Assembly (NCBI GenBank): GCA_963675295.2
Contig: CAXXKJ010000002.1
Coordinates: 1-64,000, forward strand
DNA length: 64,000 nt
Source: a bacterium
Lineage (GTDB): Bacteria; Electryoneota; Electryoneia; Electryoneales; Electryoneaceae
Direction: 5' to 3'
Shown here in pieces: positions 55,924 to 64,000 of this stretch. A program made the position numbers and the translations under genes. Numbering within the stretch: the stretch's first letter is position 1; each line of letters begins with the position of its first letter. The notes below the pieces were generated by a model. It saw only the letters and a program-made list of their open reading frames with translations. It was not told where the DNA came from and searched no databases.

Positions 55924-56871
55924 ATGAACCAGAGGCTGCCAAACACGTTGATTGTCGGCGTTCCCAAGTGTGGAACGTCCTCGATGCACACGTATTTCCG
56001 CGACCATCCGCAGGTCTACGTCTCGGAGAAGAAGGAGCTGCACTGGTTCAGCCGTGACCGGATCGCCGCGAACCTCGCAGGTCCTGGCGACCGCGAAGTA
56101 TTTGACCGGATCGCGCCTACATTTGACGCGTACAAGGCTCATTTCGCGGACGCCCGTGACGAACCGGTCGTGCTCGAAGCCTCACCGTCGTACGCGTACT
56201 TCAACGACACCGTGATCCCCCGCCTCAAGGACACCCTCGGCAGCGACCTGAAGATCATTCTGCAGATTCGTAACCCGATCAAGCGTGCGCATTCGACGTG
56301 GGTGCACATGGTGACGAACGGGCGCGAAACGTTGTCATTCCACGACGCGATCCTCGCCGAGGAACGGCGCGCAGCAGAAGGATACGGAGATTTCTGGCGC
56401 TACGCCGGACATGGATTCTACGCCCCCCAGATCGAGCCCTTTGTTGCCAACTTTGGACGGGAAAACGTGAAAGTGATCGTGCTCGAAGACTTCAACCGCG
56501 ACCGGAAGCAGGGCTTCCTCGACCTCGCGCGTTGGCTGGGAGTAGACGGCAGCTTTCTGCCGAAGGATCTGGACATCGCATACGGCCACACCGGCCGTGC
56601 CAAAAATCCGGCGCTGAAGGCAACGCTGGACGCGGCGACCGCCGCCGCGGTCAAGTTGAAACGAATGATTCCGAAGGGCCTGTACGACCGCGCCCGTATC
56701 CTGAATGCCAAACTCGGCCGGATGAACACCACGCGCGACGTGTATCCGCTCGAGGATCGTACCTGGGATCAGCTCGCGGAGCGGTTCCGCACGGATCTCG
56801 AACGTACCAGCGCGTTGATCGGTCAGGATCTGACCCCGTGGCTGGACCGTCCGCGCGGGGGGCACCAGTGA
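55924..56871 (+). CDS. PAPS-dependent sulfotransferase
   Basis: 5'-PSB GVPKCGTSS, KELHWF, EASPSY, 3'-PB RNPIKRAHS. Confidence 0.9.
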   Translation: MNQRLPNTLIVGVPKCGTSSMHTYFRDHPQVYVSEKKELHWFSRDRIAANLAGPGDREVFDRIAPTFDAYKAHFADARDEPVVLEASPSYAYFNDTVIPRLKDTLGSDLKIILQIRNPIKRAHSTWVHMVTNGRETLSFHDAILAEERRAAEGYGDFWRYAGHGFYAPQIEPFVANFGRENVKVIVLEDFNRDRKQGFLDLARWLGVDGSFLPKDLDIAYGHTGRAKNPALKATLDAATAAAVKLKRMIPKGLYDRARILNAKLGRMNTTRDVYPLEDRTWDQLAERFRTDLERTSALIGQDLTPWLDRPRGGHQ

Positions 56872-58343
56872 GCTTCGCGGAACCGTATTCAGATGAACTA
56901 GCGGAGATGCTGCTGAACCTCGAGGCGAGCCTCAACCAGCAGCCATTCAACGGCATCCCGATGGGGTCAACCCTCGCCGCGTCCCTGATCCTCGATTTCT
57001 GGAATGGAAACGCGCGCTGGTCACGTGGCGCCCGTTGGCGGCAACGCCTGCAGCGGATTCAGCGGTTTTACAAACCGTACGGCCTGCCAGACGCCGACCG
57101 TTCCGTCGCCTTGCACGAGTTGCCCCGCGACGGCATTCTGGTCACCTGGCTGCGGGACGATCCCCGCTACAACGGCATGATCCAGCCGCTTTTGAACCAG
57201 CTACCCGACGACGGCACCGTGGTCCTCGTGCGCAGCCGCGGGTTGTTTGCGCAAACCGGCAACAAGGCGGCGACACTGCTTGAAGCCCCACCCCCGCCGG
57301 ACAAGCTGGCGTGGCAGCGAATGTACCGCCGCATGGCACCGTATTGGGCCAAGACGCTCGAATCGTACGTTCGCGATCATGGCCTGGATCCGCTCTCCGT
57401 GCCGATGCTGCGTGTCCGGTTACTGATTCAGTCACAGCGTGTCTCCGGCTACCGGCACCTGCTGGAGGTGTTGCGTCCGAAAGCGATCCTCACCGAGTTC
57501 GACCGCAACATTTACAGTTCCTGCCTTGTGCTGGCGGCGAAATCGCTCGGCATTCCCACCGCGACGCTGGTGCATGGCACGATCAACCCGCCGTATGGCT
57601 ACAATCCGGTGCTCGCGGATCGCATCTTCGCGTGGGGTGAATTGCAACGCGACCAATTGCTTGGCCTCAAAACGCCGCCGGAAAAGATCCGGCTGACCGG
57701 GTTTGCCCGGGTCCAGCGTCCTGAACCGAAAGACGTCGCCGCGATCAAGCAGGCTGCCGGCCTGCCGTCGGATAAACCGGTGGTGTTGCTGGCGACGAAC
57801 CCGATTGAGCCGAAGGCGCATGAACGGCTGATCACGACGTACTGCAACGCGTTCGCCGGTCGTAAGGATGTCACCGTGGTCGTGCGTACCCATCCCGCCG
57901 AAGGGGAGAACGCTTGGGAAGCGTACCGTGACCGGTTCCCGTTCGTGTATCCGTTCGGGCGCGGCGATCAGTCGGTCGAGGATTCGCTGGCGATGACGGA
58001 CGTGTTCGTCTGCAACAACACCGGCATGTCGATGGACGCTCTGCTGCACGGCGTTCCGGTGGTGCTGCTGGACGTGCCGGGCTCCAGCCTGCTGAGCAAC
58101 CAGGACCTCGCCGCCGCGGGCGTCGCGCAGGTTACCCAGACCGCTGACGAGCTGGCATCCACGGTGGACGAAATCCTCAACGCCCCTGATCGTGCCGCCG
58201 CATTGGCGGAAAAGCGGGAAGCGTACCTCAAATCGATGTACGTTGCAATGGGTGACGAGGCCGCGACATTGGCCGCGAAGGAATTGTTGGCGCTGGCCGG
58301 GGACGATGCCCCTGTCCCGCAGCACGGGAGAGTTCATGCCTGA
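56868..58343 (+). CDS. GT-B-fold glycosyltransferase-like protein (candidate nonulosonate transferase)
   Basis: AKSLGIPTATLVHG, ADRIFAWG, LTGFAR, VRTHPAE, DALLHGVPV; GTGA overlap. Confidence 0.7.
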   Translation: MSFAEPYSDELAEMLLNLEASLNQQPFNGIPMGSTLAASLILDFWNGNARWSRGARWRQRLQRIQRFYKPYGLPDADRSVALHELPRDGILVTWLRDDPRYNGMIQPLLNQLPDDGTVVLVRSRGLFAQTGNKAATLLEAPPPPDKLAWQRMYRRMAPYWAKTLESYVRDHGLDPLSVPMLRVRLLIQSQRVSGYRHLLEVLRPKAILTEFDRNIYSSCLVLAAKSLGIPTATLVHGTINPPYGYNPVLADRIFAWGELQRDQLLGLKTPPEKIRLTGFARVQRPEPKDVAAIKQAAGLPSDKPVVLLATNPIEPKAHERLITTYCNAFAGRKDVTVVVRTHPAEGENAWEAYRDRFPFVYPFGRGDQSVEDSLAMTDVFVCNNTGMSMDALLHGVPVVLLDVPGSSLLSNQDLAAAGVAQVTQTADELASTVDEILNAPDRAAALAEKREAYLKSMYVAMGDEAATLAAKELLALAGDDAPVPQHGRVHA

Positions 58344-59358
58344 CCGTCCGACGGTATACCTGTTGACCTACAACGACACCGCTGTCGCCAATCCCATCGC
58401 ACGCGCGTTCGAGGAACGCGGCTGGACCTGCCGTCAATTTATCTACGCCATGCCGAAGGTGTCGCCGACGATCATCAGGCTGCGGAAATTGGCCGATCCG
58501 ATGGTCGCGCGGAAGCTGCTGGCGGGCGAATACAACCGTGTCATCCGGGAGGAACTCGCACCCGCGCTCCAGTCCGATCCGCCGGACTTGCTGCTGGTGA
58601 TGAAAGGTCACCGGATCGACGCGGACAATTTCGCCGCGATTGAAACCAGCGGAGTGCCGGTGTTCCTCTGGTTCTACGATTCGCAGGAACGGTTTCAGCA
58701 CCAGGGCGACCTCGTCCCGTTGGCGAAGAAAATCTATGTCATCGACCGCAGCGACATTGCCGATGACCGCTACAGCTGGCTGCCGCTTGGATTCGATGAA
58801 CAGGTGTATCGCCCTTCAGATGACAGTCCCTTGTTCGACATCTTCTTCATCGGCAAGCTTGAGCCGCGCTACTACAAGACCCGCCGTGAATACCTGCTGA
58901 TGCTGGCCCGGTCGGAACTGCCGAAACGATACCGTGTCGGGTTCATCGGCACCACCGGCAACCGGATCCGTGACCGTCTGCTCGGGATCAAGCCGCCGTT
59001 CCAGTGGCTCGCGCCTCGCATGCCGGCGGACAAGTACGCTGCGATGATCGCACGTGCGAAGGTCGTCGTCAACGTGCACCAGGATGATGGCGGCGAACCG
59101 GTCAACCCGATGTTTTTCGCCACGGCAGGCTGCCGTGTCTGCCAGGTGATGGAACAGCGGGATTATCTGACGGAATGGATGACGCCGAACGAGGCCTACG
59201 TGCCGGTAACGCGGGATACGTTCCTCAGCACGCTGGAGATGCTACTCGCAGACCACACCGGCCGGAAACGGGTCGCCGAAGCGGGTTACCAGCAGGCACT
59301 GAAGCACACCTTCGCCGCACGTGTGGACAGGCTGTTGCAGGATTTCGCCGCGATCTGA
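58336..59358 (+). CDS. CgeB-like glycosyltransferase
   Basis: WFYD, WLPLGFD, DIFFIG, AKVVVNVH, R.RVAEAGYQ..HTF..R. Confidence 0.8.
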   Translation: MPDRPTVYLLTYNDTAVANPIARAFEERGWTCRQFIYAMPKVSPTIIRLRKLADPMVARKLLAGEYNRVIREELAPALQSDPPDLLLVMKGHRIDADNFAAIETSGVPVFLWFYDSQERFQHQGDLVPLAKKIYVIDRSDIADDRYSWLPLGFDEQVYRPSDDSPLFDIFFIGKLEPRYYKTRREYLLMLARSELPKRYRVGFIGTTGNRIRDRLLGIKPPFQWLAPRMPADKYAAMIARAKVVVNVHQDDGGEPVNPMFFATAGCRVCQVMEQRDYLTEWMTPNEAYVPVTRDTFLSTLEMLLADHTGRKRVAEAGYQQALKHTFAARVDRLLQDFAAI

Positions 59359-59393
59359 CCCGGTGTGGAACCAGTAGCCAACATCTGTCCCAC

Positions 59394-60374
59394 CTACCGT
59401 TTTCCCATCAACCTCAAGCGCAGGTGATGCACCGACTTCAGCATCCGTTCCTTCTTCAACCGTTTGGCACGTGCGGCGTGAAACGCGGACGCTTTCGTCC
59501 GTTCCTCCGGGGTTAGCGGCGGGGTGTTATCCTCGATCCCGAGATCGGCGAACATCGCGCTGACCGAATCAACAATCTCCGGTGACAGTTCGTTCCGCCA
59601 TCCGTACGCACGTTCTTCCGACACCCGTTGCACCGAGTGGAAGGATGCGCCCACTTCTTTCGGTTGACCGCGTTTGCGGATTTTTTCGCTCACGGTCTCC
59701 GACCAGCCCAACCCGGCTTCTGTGAACAACTCCCGATACCGATCGGCGGAATCGAAGCACAGGTTTTCGTACTCAACAATCCGGTGGCTGTACGGTTCAA
59801 GCAACTTCGGCGCGAGCTGATGGCGCACGTGGGTGATCAGCGCGTGTTTCTGCGGCAGCGTCCGCGCGCGCGCGAAATCGAGCTCGATGCCGAACTCGGG
59901 CGCATGCCGTTGCATCTGATCGAACTCGAGGTTGATCGTCGACTTGATCCGTTTCAGCATCCCGAACCGCTCATTGCTGTTCAGGATCGCGTACGGGTTG
60001 CGGTGCATGAAGAAGACGAAATCCGGCTGATAGCGATCCAGCAGCAGCGGCATTTTTTCGAGACGTGGAATCTTGACCACGACAGCATCGTGATCACGAT
60101 TCGCCTCCTGTTCCATGACATGATCGAGGTGCTGGAAAACGGGTTTCGCGTGTTGGCGGGCTGCGTCTGTCGCGGTTTCCTGTGTGATGACGAACGGTTC
60201 GGCGGTCCAATAGGGGCGGATCTGTTCACGCCACGGACTGTCGTAGCGGCGTGGCACATCTGGTTCGAACAGCGCGCATACCGTTGGCAGCAGGTCGAAG
60301 GTTTTGACCGCCCAGCTGGTTCCGCTGCGGGGAGTGCCGAGGATGAAAACCAACCGTTTGTCAGTCACCATCAC
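59394..60374 (-). CDS. Sulfotransferase
   Basis: FILGTPRSGTSW, LFEP, RNPYAILNS, VEYENL, WRNELS. Confidence 0.88.
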   Translation of the reverse strand: MMVTDKRLVFILGTPRSGTSWAVKTFDLLPTVCALFEPDVPRRYDSPWREQIRPYWTAEPFVITQETATDAARQHAKPVFQHLDHVMEQEANRDHDAVVVKIPRLEKMPLLLDRYQPDFVFFMHRNPYAILNSNERFGMLKRIKSTINLEFDQMQRHAPEFGIELDFARARTLPQKHALITHVRHQLAPKLLEPYSHRIVEYENLCFDSADRYRELFTEAGLGWSETVSEKIRKRGQPKEVGASFHSVQRVSEERAYGWRNELSPEIVDSVSAMFADLGIEDNTPPLTPEERTKASAFHAARAKRLKKERMLKSVHHLRLRLMGKR

Positions 60375-60390
60375 AATCTCAGGTGAGAGT

Positions 60391-61725
60391 TCAACTGATT
60401 AACTGGCCGGGAATGGGCTGAGCCTGCGATCTCCCCAGCTTTCGCAGCCGTCCGTACTTGCGTTCAAGTCCGTACGCGTACCCGAAGTATGTCATCAGCA
60501 CGAAGGAGTGGTAGGGTGAGATGTAGACCGACCGGCCGAAGTTGAGCGCAACCTCGACGAGAAACAGCGCCAGCAGCATGTTTGCGTGATGCCGGTCGTT
60601 GCTGTTGAGCTTCAGTTTTCGCACCCGCTGAATGCGGAAATAACCGACGAAATACATTGAAAAGTAGAGAGCAAAACCGACAAGTCCCGTGCCGGTGAGG
60701 ATCTCCATGTAGTCGCTGTGTGCGGCCCCCTGGTACGGCGATAGCAAACGGTAGTTTCCCAGTCCGACGCCGGAGAATGGATGCTGCAGGAACATGCCCC
60801 AGCCGTCAATGTACATGTTGATCCGCTTCTCTTCCGACATCGGGTTCATCAGGAATTCGAGCAGGCGATTGCCGGCAACGGTCTCGTTGAGGATGATCGG
60901 CACCAACGCGATAATGACCACGATGAACAGCGTGGATAGCAGGAATTCGCCGAGTCGCTTGTTCTTCCGCCGCGCAAACTGGAAGAAATAGTACAGCGCG
61001 ATGGCAAAACCGAGGCCGAGGATGCCTTTGCGTGAACCGGTAAAGACAATCGTCGCGGCAGCAATGATCATCAATGCCACCAGCACAACCCGCAACGTTT
61101 TGTTCTTGGTTTCCTTGAAGATGTAGATGAGGAATCCGATGTACGGAATCCCTTGCTGGCCGATGGTGTTCGGGTTGGTGGCGATGGAGTAAACGCGGAC
61201 CTCATCCCCGGCGAGTGCGGATTGAAATTCGCCGGTGATCATCCCGTACACAATGACGAACGTCAACGCGGGGACGTAGCTGACAATGTTACCGCGCAGA
61301 TCCTCCCGAATGGCTGCCACACCGAACGCAATCAGGCCGAACACCCACACCTGCAGCGCTGTCAGGTATTCGCTGACGAAATGGTTCAGGTTGTAGGCAA
61401 CGATAAACCCGGTCAGCGACCAGAGTAACCATAGCCCAACCAGCGCAAGTTCCCATTGTGGGAAGCGCTTGTAGTAAAACATGCTGACGATGAATACCGC
61501 CGTCAGCACAATCCCGACGTAGAAGTTGATCGTGTTGATGGAGGGGAACATCTCCATCAACGCCTTGCTCATCAGGATGATGACGCTCATCGTGAACGTG
61601 AACAACACGATCACGATGGTGATCATCAGCTTACCCCGTTCGGCGAGCGGACCGGTCCTATCCGCCAGCGACGGCTGTGGCTGGTTCGAAGGTTTGTAGG
61701 AAAGCCGGTGAGCGTAGCTTTGCAT
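60391..61725 (-). CDS. O-antigen ligase / Wzy-family membrane protein
   Basis: Multiple TM helices, NPNTIG, TGSRKG, HPFSGVGLGNY, AHSDYMEIL.GTGLVG. Confidence 0.88.
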   Translation of the reverse strand: MQSYAHRLSYKPSNQPQPSLADRTGPLAERGKLMITIVIVLFTFTMSVIILMSKALMEMFPSINTINFYVGIVLTAVFIVSMFYYKRFPQWELALVGLWLLWSLTGFIVAYNLNHFVSEYLTALQVWVFGLIAFGVAAIREDLRGNIVSYVPALTFVIVYGMITGEFQSALAGDEVRVYSIATNPNTIGQQGIPYIGFLIYIFKETKNKTLRVVLVALMIIAAATIVFTGSRKGILGLGFAIALYYFFQFARRKNKRLGEFLLSTLFIVVIIALVPIILNETVAGNRLLEFLMNPMSEEKRINMYIDGWGMFLQHPFSGVGLGNYRLLSPYQGAAHSDYMEILTGTGLVGFALYFSMYFVGYFRIQRVRKLKLNSNDRHHANMLLALFLVEVALNFGRSVYISPYHSFVLMTYFGYAYGLERKYGRLRKLGRSQAQPIPGQLIS

Positions 61726-61752
61726 GATCTCGCGTTCGCAGCTGAGACAGGA

Positions 61753-63528
61753 TCAGAAGCTGAAGGAGTCAGAGAACTCGTCCAGCACCGCCATGCTGAA
61801 GATGGCGTTTGATAGCATCGACGGATTCCACAGGCCCATGTCGAAATTCATCGACGGATACAAATCGCGCAGCCTGTCAATCAACCAGCGCAGGTGTTCG
61901 TGTTTTCCCACAACCTGGTTGAAATGATTCCACGAGACCTTTTCACGCCGTATTGGCGCTTCCTTCTGGGCGAGCATCATCCGCAGCGGGGTCATCGACC
62001 CGACAAGCCGCCGCATGCGGCTCGAGGTCGGCTCATGGACCGGCACATAGCCCTGCAGCGACTTCAGGTTCGCCACTTCCGGATCGAGCCGTTCTCGCAT
62101 CAACGCTTCAAAGCCGCCGTACGAACGAATGTACGACGTCGCACGATAGGCCATCAGCGTGGTATCATACTCCGCGAAAGGCGCGAGAAAATGGCCCAGC
62201 TTCAGGCGTGCGTTGATCAGCGGCCCGGAATAGATCGGCGACCGCACTTCGCCAAGGTGCCGCCGGTAGACGCCGCGTTCGGCCCGCCGTGGCAAGGTCC
62301 GGCGCAAGAGGCGCGCCGTCTTCGCCACCATCCGGTCGGTCAGTTCGGCCAGCAGCGAGGCTTCGTTGAATGCCAGCGTCATTCCGTCGTAGAACAGCCG
62401 GTAATACATCCAGTAGACGAAGTCCGTGGTCTGTGTGTTGATCTGGTAGAAGTTGCGGTAAATCTCGCCGTTCAACCCCTCGATCCGCAGCCGGTTTTTC
62501 CCGAGCAGGTACTCGTTGAACTCGCGGGTGTGAATTCGGCTGAAGCAGTCGAGCGTTTCATTGCTTACGCCGTCGTTGAACAGCACGACATCCTTCAGCG
62601 TCGCCAGAGTGGTGTCGGCGTCCAGCTCGTTCAGTTGCTTCAGTTTGATCGCACGGACATCGAGCCCGCGTGTCGCGGCGATCTGGTTCGCGATCTGCAC
62701 TCGTTCCTGCTCATCCCCGGACGACCAGTAGCTGTGGATGGATGGAGTGATGCCGTCCAGCTCACGCGTGAGCATGAACACCATCCGGTTGACCAGCTCA
62801 CCGAGCAGGCTGATTTCGAGCCCGGTTTTCTCTACAAACGGACGGATTTCACGGAAATAGGTGCGCAGGTGTTCGAGCTGAAAATCGGCGCATTCTTCTT
62901 CGTTACCGCCGCAGCCTTCCATCGCGCCGGGCGGAGGGTAGGCGCTGCGCAGGTTCTTGAACTTGTACCAGCGGCCTTCGAGGTCGAGATGAATCGCCGG
63001 AGTGTAGACAAACACTTCGCCCGCGAGGGTTTCCGGGCCGAGGATGCGTCCAGTAGCGAGCTTTTCAAGCAGCGCCATCCGGTTCAGGCTCAACCGTTTC
63101 GGCGCACCCGCGAGGATTGCGAGCTGGGATGAACTGACCGCGTTGCGGGACTCGTCGAAGAAGACGTGATACAGCCCCATCGGGTCGGTGTGCAGCCGGA
63201 CTTCCTTGCCGCGATGGTAGATGAAGCAGTACGCGCCGCGCAGCTCGGTCGCATCAAACTCGTCATTGTGCAGGTCCGACAGCAGGCGTTGCAGCGATTC
63301 GCGCCAGGTCAGCCCGCGGTAAACGAGCGTGCCGACGCTGTACACTCCGCCCTGCTTGTCCTGCGCGTAATTCTTGTCGCCGTCCACCTGCTTCCGGTAC
63401 AAAATCAACCGCGCTTCCGGGCCCAGTTCGAAGTGCTCCGCCTCGCCGAAACCCGTCGCCACAAACAGCTGCCTGACCCGTTCAATCAGAACCGGCGCTT
63501 TCTTTGTATAGAGGTAGAAAGCTCCCAT
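61753..63528 (-). CDS. Asparagine-synthase-like (amidotransferase-fold) protein with degenerate ATP motif
   Basis: LRGAYCFI..TDPMGLYHVFF..VSSS N-domain; GLNGEIYR; LAPF. The expected SGG.DS motif reads SLLGELVNR. Confidence 0.7.
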   Translation of the reverse strand: MGAFYLYTKKAPVLIERVRQLFVATGFGEAEHFELGPEARLILYRKQVDGDKNYAQDKQGGVYSVGTLVYRGLTWRESLQRLLSDLHNDEFDATELRGAYCFIYHRGKEVRLHTDPMGLYHVFFDESRNAVSSSQLAILAGAPKRLSLNRMALLEKLATGRILGPETLAGEVFVYTPAIHLDLEGRWYKFKNLRSAYPPPGAMEGCGGNEEECADFQLEHLRTYFREIRPFVEKTGLEISLLGELVNRMVFMLTRELDGITPSIHSYWSSGDEQERVQIANQIAATRGLDVRAIKLKQLNELDADTTLATLKDVVLFNDGVSNETLDCFSRIHTREFNEYLLGKNRLRIEGLNGEIYRNFYQINTQTTDFVYWMYYRLFYDGMTLAFNEASLLAELTDRMVAKTARLLRRTLPRRAERGVYRRHLGEVRSPIYSGPLINARLKLGHFLAPFAEYDTTLMAYRATSYIRSYGGFEALMRERLDPEVANLKSLQGYVPVHEPTSSRMRRLVGSMTPLRMMLAQKEAPIRREKVSWNHFNQVVGKHEHLRWLIDRLRDLYPSMNFDMGLWNPSMLSNAIFSMAVLDEFSDSFSF

Positions 63529-63674
63529 CAGGCACCCAATTCGGTCAAGGCTTTGTGGAACCGTTTTCCGCGCGGATCACAACGGGACAATGATAGCAAC
63601 GGACGGGACGGTATGAAACCCGCCCACACGCCGGACTCCGTCAATTGAAGCAAGGAGACACTCTCGAAATGCGG

Positions 63675-64000
63675 TTAGAATGTGTAATTGTACTTCTCGA
63701 GCTCGCCGCTCCAGATCCGGTAGTTCTCCGTTTGCAGAACGTTCTCGAGATCCGGTTGAAACCGGACCAGTTGCGCGCGCGAAGTGCGGAATTTCCGTTT
63801 CGTCAGCTTGCGCATCGCCGGCTCGACATACCGGCGGACCCGTCCCCGGCTTGCCTGTTTCGACACACCGAGCGCATTGAGCAGTCGGGTTAAGCATAGC
63901 GATGGCAAAGTCAGCGATTCGCGCACCTGCTGGAACACGTCCAGACCGTCCGGTTCCTGCACGCCGATATGATCCCAGATCCGGCGCAGAAACTCCAGCC
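63675..64000 (-). CDS. C-terminal part of a probable sulfotransferase-family protein (5' end outside the window)
   Basis: Open frame to the window edge: LEFLRRIWDHIGV..VRESL.. Confidence 0.5.
   Translation of the reverse strand, partial: LEFLRRIWDHIGVQEPDGLDVFQQVRESLTLPSLCLTRLLNALGVSKQASRGRVRRYVEPAMRKLTKRKFRTSRAQLVRFQPDLENVLQTENYRIWSGELEKYNYTF

Overview
GC-rich bacterial chromosomal window. The yajC-def-fmt-rsmB-PASTA-rpe operon, TonB-dependent receptor, Wzi and PadR/MacB-type permease suggest a diderm of the FCB group; this taxonomy is inference. Left to right: a partial IS1182-family element, tRNA-Ala(CGC), a YqiA-like esterase and a TBDR/TetR pair. Next is a minus-strand head-only phage-like operon (6.4-18.5 kb) encoding scaffold-like, decoration, major capsid, adaptor, terminase large subunit, portal, prohead protease, secreted and holin-like proteins. 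It has no integrase, replication, tail or endolysin gene in the window, and host repeats sit only in its intergenic spaces. A near-consensus sigma70 promoter drives it, and it shares an 18-bp operator with a nearby divergent XRE regulator, which makes it a candidate domesticated, GTA-like system. The rest holds housekeeping genes, Wzi/Wza/Wzc capsule export, and a large nonulosonic-acid plus sulfotransferase polysaccharide locus. A separate signal is a cluster of 6-7 copies of a 16-bp palindrome (CGGACACGCGTGTCCG) confined to 34.2-41.7 kb, inside and between genes, resembling a non-canonical parS or nucleoid-protein site array. All calls come from reading the sequence and recognising motifs; no searches were run.
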